The notes beneath the pieces are model-generated. The model made no database searches. It was not told where the DNA came from and saw only the letters and a list, made by a program, of their open reading frames with translations. Made by a program: the position numbers and the translations under genes. This document shows, in pieces, positions 47,740 through 59,280 of a DNA stretch of 64,000 nt. This stretch comes from Mobula hypostoma. Lineage: Eukaryota. Each line of letters begins with the position of its first letter. Within the stretch, counting starts at the first letter, position 1. The stretch covers positions 434,001-498,000 of the forward strand of contig NW_026948140.1 in assembly GCF_963921235.1 (NCBI RefSeq), in the 5' to 3' direction.

Positions 47740-49953
47740 GAAGGACTTGGAGGGAGAGGGAAAGAATAAATCCAATGTGTCAGTATTTCAGTGGAATAAA
47801 GGAAATTACTATGGCATGAGAGGGAAACTGGCTGAAGTTGAATGGAAAGGGATATTTGCAGGAAAGGCAGCAGAGCAGCAATGGCTGGAGCTTCTGCAAT
47901 AAATGAGGGAAGTGCAAGACAGATATATTCCAAATAAGAAGAAATTTTCAAAGGGAAGAAGGACACTACCGTGGCTGACAAGTGAAGTCAGAGCCAAAGT
48001 AAAAGCAAAGGAGAGCGCTTACAAGGAAGCCAGAGGTAGTGGGAAGATAGAGGATTGGAGAGCTTTTAAAAACTTGCAGAAGGAAACTAAGTTCATTCAG
48101 AAGGAAAAGATGAATTATGAGAGGAAGCTGGTGGCTAACATCAAAGATACTGAAAGCTTTTTTAAGTATATAAAGAGTAAAAGAGAGTTGAGGGTAGATA
48201 TAGGGCCGATACAAAATGATGCTGGAGATATTGTAAGGAGAGATGTAGAGATGGCAGAGGAACTGAATGCGTATTTTGCATTATTCTTCACAGTGGAAGA
48301 CATCTGCAGTATACTGGACATTCAAGAGTGTCAGGGAAGTGAATTCTGTGCAGTGAAAATTACGATTGAGAAGGTGCTCAGGAAGCTTAATGGTTTGAGG
48401 GTGGATAAATCTCCTGGACCTGATGGAACGCACCCTCGGGTTCTGAAGGAAGTAGCTGGAGAGTTTGCGGAGGCATTAACAATGATCTTTCAAGAATCGT
48501 TAGATTCTGGCATTGTACCGGATGACTGTAAAATTGCAAATGTTACTCCACATTTTTAAGAAGGGTGGGAGGCAGTAGAAAAGAAACTATTGACCTGTTA
48601 GCCTGACATCAGTGGTTGGGAAGTTGTTGGAATCAATTGTTAAGGATGAGGTTACGAAGTACCTGGGGGCACATGACAAGATAGACCAAAGCCAGCATGG
48701 TTTCCTGAAAGGAAAATCCTGCCTGACAAGCCTACTGTAATTCTTTGAGGAAATTACAAGCAGGGTAGACAACGGAGATGCAGTAGACGTGATGTAGTTG
48801 GATTTTCAGAAGGCCTTTGACAAGATGCCGCACATGAGGCTGCTTAGTAAGATAAGAGCCCATGGAATTACAGAGAAGTTACTAGCGTGGGTGGAGCATT
48901 GGCTGGTTGGCAGAAAACAGAGAGTGGGAATAAACGGACCCTATTCTGGCTGGCAGCTGGTTACCAGTGGAGTTCCACAGGGGTCGGTATACGAACAACT
49001 GCTTTTTACAATGTACGTCAATGATTTGGACTACGGTATTAACAGATTTGTGGCTAAGTTTGCTGATGATACAAAGATAGGTGGAGGAGTGGGTAGTGTT
49101 GAGGAAACAGAGAGCCTGCAGAGAGACTTAGATAGTTTAGGGGAATGGACAAGAAGTACAATGTTGGAAAGTGTATAGTCATGCACTTTGGTGGAACAAA
49201 TAAACGGGCAGATTATTATTTAGATGTGAAGGGAATTCAAATGCAGAAATGTGAAGGGAGTTGGGAGTCCTTGTGCAAGATACCCTAAAGGTTGAGTCGG
49301 TTGTGAAGAAGGCAAATGCAATGTTGGCATTCATTTCTAGAGGTATAGCAGGGATGCGATGTTGAGGTTATATAAGGCACTTGTGACGCCACTCTTGGAG
49401 TATTGTGTGCAGTTTAGGCTCCTTATTTTAGAAAGGATATACTGACATTGGAGAGGGTTCAGAGAAGATTCACGAGAATGATTCCTGGATTGAAAGGGTT
49501 ACCATATGAGGAACATCTGGCAGCTCTTGGGCTGTATTCCCGGGAGTTCAGGAGAATGAAGGGGGAATCTCATAGAAACATTCCGAATGTTAAAAGGCCT
49601 GAACAGATTAAATATGGCAAAGTTATTTCCCATGGTAGGGGATTCTAGGACAAGAGGTCAGGATTTCAGGATTGAAGGACATCCTTTTAGATCTGAGATG
49701 CGGAGAATTACTTTAGTCAGATGGTGGTAAATCTGTGGAATTTGTTGCCACGAGCGGCTGTGGAGGCCAAGTCATTGGGTGTATTTAAGGCAACAATAGA
49801 TAGGTTCTTGATTAGCCAGGGCATCAAAGAGAATGGGGTGAAAGCAGGGGAGTGGGGATGATTGGAAGAATTGGATCAGTCCATGATTGAATGGCGGAGC
49901 AGAATCTATGGGCCGAATGGCCTACTTCTGCTCCTATATCTTATGGTCTTATG
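47740..49953 (+). mobile_element. 5'-truncated CR1 LINE ((TCTTATGG)n tail)
   Basis: ORFs 47690-49648 are collinear CR1 ORF2. Confidence 0.9.
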
Positions 49954-50019
49954 GAATGTGAGGTCAGTGTAGAGCAGGCTAATATATTGCAACATTGTGA
50001 CATTCAGATGTCCAGTTAC

Positions 50020-50570
50020 CATCAGCAGAAAACCTGTGCCTCAGAGGTCCCAACACACGACACCATTGCTATATTAAGATAAGAAATGCCTACCATTCCA
50101 TGCCCAGACTGCTTTTTGGGACATTGATAACTTGCCTGTCCTTCTCCTACCTGCCAAAGGCATAGGCTAAAGAGCACAGCTCCAGAGATTAGGACAATAA
50201 AGAGGTGGTTGTGGGAGGCAGAGGAAAGGCTATGGGATTGCTTTGAGTCTGTGAACTGGGCTGTGTTCAAGGACTCATCTATGGATCTGAATGAATGTAT
50301 CCTGGTTGTAATGGACTTAATTAAAACAGCTATAGATGAGTGTATCCCCACAAAATTATTTGGAATCTTCCCCAATCAGAAGCCTTGGATGAACCATGAG
50401 AACTGCAACTTGCTGAGAACCAGACACAGACATTCAGTCTGGTGACCAAGAAAGTTGCAAGAGGTCTAGGTATGATCTCCAGAAAGCTATCTCACAGGCA
50501 AAGTGGTAATTCCAGACCAAACTTGAATCAACGAAGGATGCTCGACAGTTGTGGCAGAGCTTGAATACTA
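50020..50570 (+). mobile_element. Rex1/Babar internal fragment (end of endonuclease and linker)
   Basis: LWDCFESVNWAVFK...FPNQKPWMN. Confidence 0.8.
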
Positions 50571-50571
50571 T

Positions 50572-50966
50572 AAGACTATAAGATATCGAGCAGAATAAGG
50601 ACATTTGACCCATTGAGTCTGCTCTGCCATTTCATTGTGGTTGATCCATTTTTCTTCTCAAAATCCCCTGCCTTCTCCCTGTATCCCTTCATACCCTGAC
50701 CAATCAAGAATCTATCAACCTCTGCAGTAAATATACTGTACATAAAAATTAGGCCCCCACAGGTGCCTGCGACAATGAAATCCACAAATTCACCACTATC
50801 TGGGTAATGAAATTCCTTCTCATCTCTTTTCTAAAACGATGCCCCTCTATTCCGAGACTGTCCCCTCTGGTCTTCGATTCTCCCACCACAGGAAACATCC
50901 GCTCTACACCTACTCTATCGGGGCCTTTCACAATTCGGAAGTTTTCAATTAGATCACCCCTCATTC
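50572..50966 (-). mobile_element. CR1 3' end
   Basis: ORF 50749..50964 (MRGDLIE...VVNLW). Confidence 0.8.
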
Positions 50967-51114
50967 GATAAGACGATCCAACATAGGTGCTGAATTAGGC
51001 ATTCAGCTGATCGAGTCTGCTCCACCATTTCATCATGATGAACCCAGATCTCATTTAACCCCATACAACTGCCCTCTCACCATATCCCCTAATGCCCCAA
51101 CCAATTAGGAATCA

Positions 51115-51880
51115 GGTACACTTCGGAAGGACAAACTCCAAGGCAGAGTACAGAGTAAATGGCAGGATACTTGGTAGTGTGGAGGAGCCGAGGGATCTGG
51201 GGGTACATGTCCACAGATCCCTGAAAATTGCCTCACAGGTAGAATAGGTAGCTAAGAAAGCTTACGGGGTGTTAGCTTTCATAAGTCGAGGGATAGAGTT
51301 TGAGAGTCGCGAGGTAATGATGCAGCTCTATAAAATTCTGGTTAGGCCACGCTTGGAGTACTGTTTCCAGTTCTGGTTTCCTCACTATAGGAAGGATGTG
51401 GAAGCACTGGAAAGGGCACAGAGGAGATTTATCAGGATGCTGCCTGGTTTAGAGAGTATGGATTATGATCAGAGATTAAGGGAGCTAGGGCTTTACTCTT
51501 TGGAGAGAAGGAGAATGAGAGGAGACATGATAGAGGTGCACAAGATAATTAGAGGAATAGATAGAGTAGATAGCCAGCGCCTCTTCCCCAGGGCACCACT
51601 GCTCAATACAAGAGGACATGGCTTTGAGGTAAGGGGTGGGAAGTTCAAGGGGGATATTAGAGGAAGGTTTTTTACTCAGAGAGTGGTTGGTGTGTGGAAT
51701 GCACTGCCTGAGTCAGTGGTGGAGGCAGATACACTAGTGAAATTTAAGAAACTACTAGACAAGTATATGAAGGAATTTAAGGAGAGGGGTTATATGGGAG
51801 GCAGGGTTTAAGGGTCAGCACAACATTGTGGGCCAAAGGGCCTGTACTGTGCTGTACCATTCTATGTTTTATGTTCCATG
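51115..51880 (+). mobile_element. CR1 3' fragment (family of 5049-9524)
   Basis: ORF 51269..51811. Confidence 0.9.
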
Positions 51881-54020
51881 TAATCTATCAAAGGCCACTT
51901 TAAATATACCCACAGACTTGGCCTTCACCGCAGTCTGTGGCAGAGCATTCCACAGATTCACCACTCTTTGGCTAAAAAAAAATCCTCCTTACTTCTGTTC
52001 TAAAAGGGCACCCCTGAATTTTGAGGCTGTGTTACTCTAGTTCTAGATACCCCCACCAGAGGAAACATCTTCTCCACCTCCAGTTTACATTGTCCTTTCA
52101 ACATTTGGTAGGTTTCAATGAGATCCCCACACATTTTTCTAAATTACAGTGAGTCCAGGCCCAAAGCTGCCAAATGCTCTTAGTATATTAACCCCTTCAT
52201 TCCTGGATTCATCCTCGTGAACCTCCTCTGGACTTTCTCCAATGACAACACACCCTTTCTGAGATAAAGGGCCCAAAACTGTTGACAATACTCCAAGTGC
52301 TGCCTAGCGTCTTACAGTATATAGCTTCAGCATTTTCTCCTTGTTTTATATTCTACTCCCTTTGAAATAAATGCCAACATTACACTTGCCTTCTTTACCA
52401 CAGACTCAAACTGTAAATTAACCTTCTGGGACTCTTGAGTGATGACTCCTAAGTCCCTTTGCACCTCTGATGTTTGAATTTTCTCCCCATTTAGATAATA
52501 GACTGCACTTTTGTTCCTTTTACCAAAATGCATTATCATACATTTACCAACACCAGGGGTGCAGTGCTAGCCAGAGCACACCCGGCACATCTTTAAGAAA
52601 AAAGCCGAACTAAACAAGCTAATTAATTAGGTGCTGCCCAGGTTTGATTTGAGTATCTCAGAAACTGCTGATCTCCTGGGATTTTTACACACAACATTCT
52701 CTGGAGTTTACAAAGAATGGTGCCAAAAACAAAAAAATCCAGCGAGTGGCTGTTCTGTGAGCAGAAACATCTTGTTATATCCACTCACTGGATTTTTTTT
52801 TTTGTTTTTGGCACCATTCTTTATAAACTCCAGAGACTGTTGTGCATAAAAATCCTAGGAGATCAGCAGTTTCTGAGCTGCTCAAATCAACCTGGGTGGC
52901 ACCTAATTAATTAGCTTGTTTAGTTTGGCTTTTTTCTTAAGGGTGTGCCGGGTGTACTCCGGCTAGCACGGCACCCCTGCCCAACACTGTATTCCACCTG
53001 CCACTTCTTTTCCCTTTCTTCCAATTTGTATAAGATCTGCTGCAATCGCATTGCTTCCTCAGCACTACCTACCCCTCCACCTATCTTCGTATAATCCACA
53101 AACTTTGCCACAAAACCATCAATTCCACTATCTAAATCATTGACAAAGAATGTGAAAAGTAGAGGTCCCAACACTGACCCCTAAGGAACACCACTAGTCA
53201 CTGGTGACCAACCAGAAAAGACCCCCTTTATTCAACTCGCTGCCTGCTACCTGTCAGCCTTTCCTCTATCCATGTCAGTATATTTCCTGTAACACTATAG
53301 GATTTTATCTTGTTAAGCAGAATTACTCTGAATTCTGGTGAATACAGGCACAGACCCATCAAACGCGTTTCGTGTGACAAGCTTCTCAATTCTGGAATTA
53401 TTTTTGAGAACCTCCTTTTAACCCTCTCCAATTTCAGCACATCCTTTCTAAGATAAGGGGCCCAAAACTGCTCACAATACTCCAAGTGATGCCTCATCAG
53501 AGCTTTGTAAAGCGTCAACATTACATCATTGCTTTTATATTCTAGTCGTCTTGAACAGAATGCTAAAATCACATTTGCCTTCCTTACCAGACTCAAACTG
53601 CAAATTAACCTAGAGAAAATGCTACACAAGGATTCCCAAGTCCCTTGGCAACTCAGTTTTTTTGGATTTTCTCTCCATTTAGGAAATAGCCTACTCTTTT
53701 ATTTCTGCTGAAGGGTAGCGGTCCAAAACATTGACAGTACTCTTTTCCATACATGCTGCCTGGCCTGCTGAGTTGCTCCAGCATTTTGTGTGTGTTGCTT
53801 GGATTTCCAGCATCTACAAATTTTCTCTTGATTGGATTAACCTTTTATTTCTTCTACCGAAGTGCGTGAACATACACTTGTGACATTGTGTTCCATCTGG
53901 CACTTCTTTGCCCATTCTCATAATCTGTCTAAATCCTTATGTAACTCTCTACTTCCTCAAAACTACCTGCCTCTTCACCTGTCTTGGTGTCGTCCGCAAA
54001 CTTTGCAACAAAGCCATATA
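51881..54020 (-). mobile_element. Two adjacent degenerate CR1 fragments, interrupted by a MITE and a Penelope tail (about 53707-53841)
   Basis: ORFs 52327..52539, 52920..53174, 53228..53629. The PLE tail is flanked by duplicated CTTTTATTTCT. Confidence 0.8.
52554..52979. mobile_element. Foldback MITE with hAT-type ends and Tc1-derived inner arms
   Basis: CAGGGGTGC...GCACCCCTG termini; arms of about 195 bp at about 90% identity; 8-bp TSD (a/c)CCAACAC. Inner arm encodes LSISETADLLGF.HTT.S.VYKEW. Confidence 0.85.
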
Positions 54021-54114
54021 ATTTACAGCATTTTATAAAGTTAATCAATTGACATAGGTGACAACAAGGCTTTGCTTCCAGATGAGCTCAATACCTTCTG
54101 TTTGCTTTGACCAT

Positions 54115-54954
54115 TGTGATGCCAAACCAAACTATCGGATGATTGATGCCAATTGGAGAGATAAGAGAAACAATGGAGAAACATTCAAAATACTAACAAG
54201 AGAGGAGAGAGGGATTAATGGAAAAGAAACACAATTCAGAATATTGGCAGACCGGTTACTTTGAACCTGAACTGTTTGAAGTTTGATGGACAGGTGATAC
54301 CCCAGCAGGGGGATAAAAAGAGCAGGTTCGCTAAGGCACAGGACACACCACGAGATCACGAGATAACGAGACCCTGGAAGAGCGGTGTGCCCCCACAAGT
54401 TGGTAGGAGTTTGGAGGTCTGGTTCACGGGAACCGACCATAGACTCACAGGGTGTAAAGGTATGATTGGTGGGAACCTGGTGTGTGTGTCTGCCCTTGCC
54501 TGGGTGCCGGGTTCACCGTGGAAGAACGGTCATATCTGGAACAGAGGGGTCACAGTTGGTGACCACAGCAGGATAGAAGACATAAAATGGTCCGCCTGAA
54601 ACCAACTGCGAAGAACATCAAAGGTCTGTCTGAATTAAATTTGCATCCCCCTTCTCTCTCTCCAATGGCACAACAGCAATTACTGCAAACTGTACTAAGC
54701 TGAACTGAACTCTGCATCACTTAAGACTGATCATTTTACCCCGAGACTGCGATAGAGCTTGGTTTGATTCCTATTACCCTAGTTCTGTGTACACGTGTGT
54801 ATTATCATTGCTAACCTGTTGCATTTATATCCTTATGATTAGAGTACTGTGTTACCTATTTCTTTAATAAAACTTTATTAGTTCCTTGAAATCCAGACTC
54901 CAACTAGTGGTCCATTTCTGCTGGTTTGGCAACCCAGTTACGGGGTACGTAACA
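54115..54954 (+). repeat. 5' LTR (840 bp)
   Basis: Direct repeat of 58439-59280; AATAAA near 54866. Confidence 0.95.
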
Positions 54955-54958
54955 TAAG

Positions 54959-54976
54959 TGGGGGCTCGTCCGGGAT
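54959..54976 (+). promoter_or_regulatory. Primer-binding site complementary to tRNA-Pro
   Basis: TGGGGGCTCGTCCGGGAT, 4 nt after the 5' LTR. Confidence 0.92.
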
Positions 54977-55052
54977 TTTGAACGCCAAATTTGGGACTGG
55001 GTAAATTGATTGGGTTAAAATTCCTGAAAGAAAGAAAGGGCAAACAGCAGAA

Positions 55053-56217
55053 ATGGAGATGAAGGAATTTCTAAAGGCGCCAACCTTGGAGGCATTAGAG
55101 GATGCCAGGAAATCAGAATTGGCAACTGTTGCCGAATGGTTGAATCTTTTTAAGGGGAAGTTGACAATGAGGAGAGAAGAGATGCACAGAGCTATCATTG
55201 AGCATTATGTATCTAAAGGTGTGTTTCCCCAAGGGGAGCTGGAGGTGGTATCTATGAGCAAACCTGGTGGAGAGGCGGTGCAGCTGCAGATGGAAAAATT
55301 GAGACTCAAGCACGAGTTCCGAATAAAACAGTTGGAACAAGAAGAGAGAGACAGACAGTTAGAAGGGCAAGAGAGAGAGAAACAGAAGGAAAGGGAATTT
55401 GAGCTGGAGAAGCTAAGGATGATGGTAGCGCAGGGCCCCATGCCGAACCAAGGTGGAGGGTTCAGGGCAACCCAGGAGGTTAGGCTGGTTCCCCCATTTG
55501 AGGAGGCCGATGTTGATCGGTACTTTCTACATTTTGAAAAAGTCACCGCAAGTCAGGATTGGCCAAGGGATAAGTGGGCTGTTTTGCTTCAGAGTGCACT
55601 TAAAGGGAAAGCTCAGCAAGCTTACTCCGCATTGTCCACAGAAGATGCCCACAGGTATGATGTGGTGAAAGAGGCGATACTCAGGATTTATGAGTTGGTC
55701 CTGGAGGCATACCGGCAGAGGTTCCGGAATGTGAGGAAGCAGTGGGGCCGCACGTATTTAGAGTTTGCCCGTGAGATGCAGATGTATTGTGCGCGTTGGT
55801 GCGCCTCGAAAGGGGTCAGTGGGGATTATGACAGACTGCTGTAGCTCATACTGATTGAGCAATTTAAAGGTTGTGTCCCTGAAGGTATGAGGCCCTATCT
55901 AGATGAGAAAGAGGCAGAAACTTTAGCCGCAACTTCTAAGTTAGCGGATGAGTATGCATTAACACACAAAGCAAAGTTTACCCCGAGTAAAAGTTACCAG
56001 AAGGGCGAGTAAAAATTACCAGAAGGGTAGTCGAGAGGGCAGAGAGAATCTGCCGGAAAAGCCAGAAAGTAAGCCGGGGACTAGTGAGAAGGATAAGGAA
56101 GACTGGGAGCAGTTTGGTAGGAAGTCTCCTGGAGTCGTATGCTATAATTGTGGGAAAGCTGGTCACTTTGCGTCCAGGTGCTTTGCCCCAAAGAAGGAGA
56201 CGGGGAAAGGAAAAACG
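55053..56217 (+). pseudogene. gag: coiled coil, SCAN-like capsid C-terminal domain, CCHC knuckle (56140-56181)
   Basis: EAYRQRFR...LILIEQF...LADEY; CYNCGKAGHFASRC; premature TAG at 55842; a 22-bp tandem duplication at 55984-56027 shifts the frame. Confidence 0.88.
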
Positions 56218-58319
56218 ATGATTCCGACTGGCTGTATTGAGCTGGCAAACAAACTGCCAGGGGAGAAGAGGTCTGATAGAGTTCAGGAAGGGCGTGAGAA
56301 GTTTATTTCGGCCGGATTGGTGTCGGTGAAGGAGGGGTCAAACCCAGTTCCAGTACGGATCTGGAGAGACACCGGAGCTTGTCAGTCATTGATCTTAAGG
56401 AGTGTGTTAGACTTTAGTTCAGAGACCGAGATTGGGGAGGTCAGTGTGATAAAAGGCATTGGGAAAGGGACTGAAGCAGTACCTTTGCACCAGATGCACC
56501 TAAAAAGCAACTTGGTCTCCGGACCGGTCACAATAGGGGTGAGTCCCAAACCACCAATGGAAGACGTGGAGGTCTTACTCGGTAATTACCTTGCAGGCAG
56601 AGGGGTGTACCCAGCAGTAAAACTAACAAGTAAGCTTGCCAGGATTGAGGCCCCGCCCATGGACTCACAGGTTTATCCCATTTGCGCAGTGACTCGGCGT
56701 ATGTCCAGAAAGGCTGCCAAGGCGAATGTAGATTTAGCTGAGATGTTTTTACCAGCCTTGTACCAGGAGGGGTCAGAAAGTGAGAAGAAGGAGCGCAGTA
56801 GAGCGGAAGGAAGTGAGGGAGTTGAGGTAGACTTATCATTAGCAAGGAATGAATTTATACAGGCACAGGAACGAGACGAGGAGCTGATGGTTTTGACGGA
56901 GACAGCTCTCCCCGAAGCAGAATTAAAAAGGGAGCCAGTGGGCTATTATGTGAAGAAGGGAGTACTAATGAGGAAATGGAGACCAAGTACCGTGCCCGCA
57001 GATGAGGAATGGGGGGTGGTGCATGAGGTGGTAGTGCTGAAAATTTATGGGGATGAGATTTTTAACCTGGCCCACAAGATACCCCTCGGTGGACATTTTG
57101 GGGTACGGAAGACAGTCAATAGAATTATGAAAGAGTTTTACTGGCTGAGCATGAGGGAGGAAATTATTGAGTATTGTAGACGTGAGCCAACACAGCCTAT
57201 TGATATGTTAACCGCTTACCATGATAAGGAAGCAGACCTAGTCGGTGTTATCACGAAAATTAATGAGGCTAGGGTGCCACCTGATAAGGGGGAAACCCAT
57301 CTTGAAAAGATAAATATGGTGCCGACCAGACTGGAGAACTCTATTGTTTTGGCCAATTTTGCTGATAAGGTCTCTTACCGAACCCCCGAACAGAGTGAGC
57401 CGCTGATAAAGCTAATTAACCGGCACGCAGACGTATGTCCGGATGTCCCGAGGCAATGCAAAGGGACGGTATATGGTGTTGTTGTCACATTAGGTCAGCC
57501 TAGTAAACAAAACCCCTATAGGATGATTAATTCAGTGACAAAGGGGCTAAAGAACGCAGAAGCGTATATTGACGATTGGTCTGGAGTGACACGTGGGAGG
57601 AGCACATTGTGGCAGTAGAGGAACTGTTTAAACGGCTGTCTGAAGCCAACCTGACGGTGAACCTCGCAAAAAGTGAATTCGGCCACGCGAAGTTCACATC
57701 TGGGATTTGTGGTAGGACAGAGGCAGCTGGCACCGATACAAGTTAAGGTGCAGGCTATCTCTGAAGTCCCCACCCTGACAGACAAGAGAGCCCTGAGAAG
57801 GTTCTTGGGGATGGTGGGGTACTATCTGAAGTTTTACAAAAACTTTGTGGATATTACCCTCCCTCTTACTAAGCTCTTGCCCAAGGACGCGAAGTTTGTG
57901 TGGGACGACCTTTGTCAACAGGCCTTCAAGAGTCTGAAGGCGATTCTGTGTCACCATTCTGTGCTGAATGCGCCTGACTTTTCAAAACCTTTTTCCCTAG
58001 CAACAGATGCTAGCGACGAAGCAGCCAGGGCGGTGCTGTTACAGACAGACAAAGAGGAGCTTGACCACCCAGTGGCTTATTTTTCTAAGAAATTTAATAT
58101 CCATCAGAGAAATTATTCCACTGTGGAGAAGGAATTACTGGCCATCATACTAGCATTACAACATTTTGAGGTTTACATTTGTATGGCACAGAAACCACTG
58201 ATAATTTACACTGATCACAACCCATTAGTGTTTTTGGCCACTATGAAGGATAAAAAGAAAAGATTACTAAATTGGAGCCTGGTCTTACAGTGATTGCTGA
58301 CTGTCTGTCAAGGTGTTGA
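56218..58319 (+). pseudogene. pol: protease, integrase Zn finger only, partial RT, RNase H
   Basis: RDTGA (56365-56379); AHKIPLGGHFG...FYW...EYCR (57070-57180); AYIDD (57562-57576); RRFLGMVGYY, ATDASD, YSTVEKELLA, YTDHNPL. Confidence 0.9.
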
Positions 58320-58426
58320 AACTTAAAGTTCTCTGTACTAGCCGAATAGCTAATGACCCTATATATTAGTATGTATCTAATAATATGCATTCATGCCCAT
58401 GATTTTTACTCCGGTAAAAATCCTTT

Positions 58427-58438
58427 GAAGGGTAGGGG
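58427..58438 (+). promoter_or_regulatory. Polypurine tract
   Basis: GAAGGGTAGGGG abuts the 3' LTR. Confidence 0.85.
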
Positions 58439-59280
58439 TGTGACGCCAAACCAAGCTATCGGACGATTGATGCTAATTGGAGAGATAAGAGAGACAATGG
58501 AGAAACATTCAAAATGCTAATAAGAGAGGAGAGAGGGATTAACGGAAAAGAAACACAATTCAGAATATTGACAGACCGGTTACTTTGAACCTGAACTGTT
58601 TGAAGTTTGATGGACAGGTGATACCCCAGCAGGGGGATAAAAAGAGCAGGTTCGCTAAGGCATGGGACCCACCACGAGATCACAAGATAACGAGACCCTG
58701 GAAGAGCAGTGTGCCCCCACAAGTTGGTAGGAGTTTGGAGGTCTGGTTCACGGGAACCGACCATAGACTCACAGGGTGTAAAGGTATGATCGGTGGGAAC
58801 CTGGTGTGTGTGTCCGCCCTTGCCTGGGTGCCGGGTTCACCATGGAAGAATGGTCGTATCCGGAACAGAGGGGTCACAGTTGGTGACCACAGCAGGATAG
58901 AAGACATAAAAGGGTCCGCCCGAATCCAACTGCGAAGAACATCAAAGGTCTGCCTGAATTAAATTTGCATCCCCCCCTTCTCTCTCTCCAATGGCACAAC
59001 AGCAATTACTGCGAACTGTACTAAGCTGAACTGAACTCTGCGTCACTTAAGACTGATCATTTTACCCCGAGACTGCGATAGAGCTTGGTTTGATTCCTAT
59101 TACCCTAGTTCTGTGTACACGTGTGTATTATCATTGCTAACCTGTTGCATTTATATCCTTACGATTAGAGTACTGTGTTACTTATTTCTTTAATAAAACT
59201 TTATTAGTTCCTAGAAATCCAGACTCCAACTAGTGGTCCATTTCTGCTGGTTTGGCAACCCAGTTATGGGGTATGTAACA
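58439..59280 (+). repeat. 3' LTR (842 bp)
   Basis: Direct repeat of the 5' LTR; hand count about 31 substitutions plus one 2-bp indel. Confidence 0.95.

Larger units (their letters stand above)
54115..59280 (+). mobile_element. Ty3/Gypsy LTR retrotransposon, Gmr1-like, internally deleted; both LTRs present (5166 bp)
   Basis: TG...CA LTRs, 4-bp TSD CCAT at 54111-54114 and 59281-59284, PBS, PPT, and gag-PR-IN(Zn)-RT-RH order. Inserted in a Rex1 remnant. Confidence 0.95.

Noticed and set aside
54261..54599. ORFs within the LTRs (also 58585..58962) as an accessory gene
   Set aside because: Non-ATG starts, different stops in the two LTRs and no recognisable domain.
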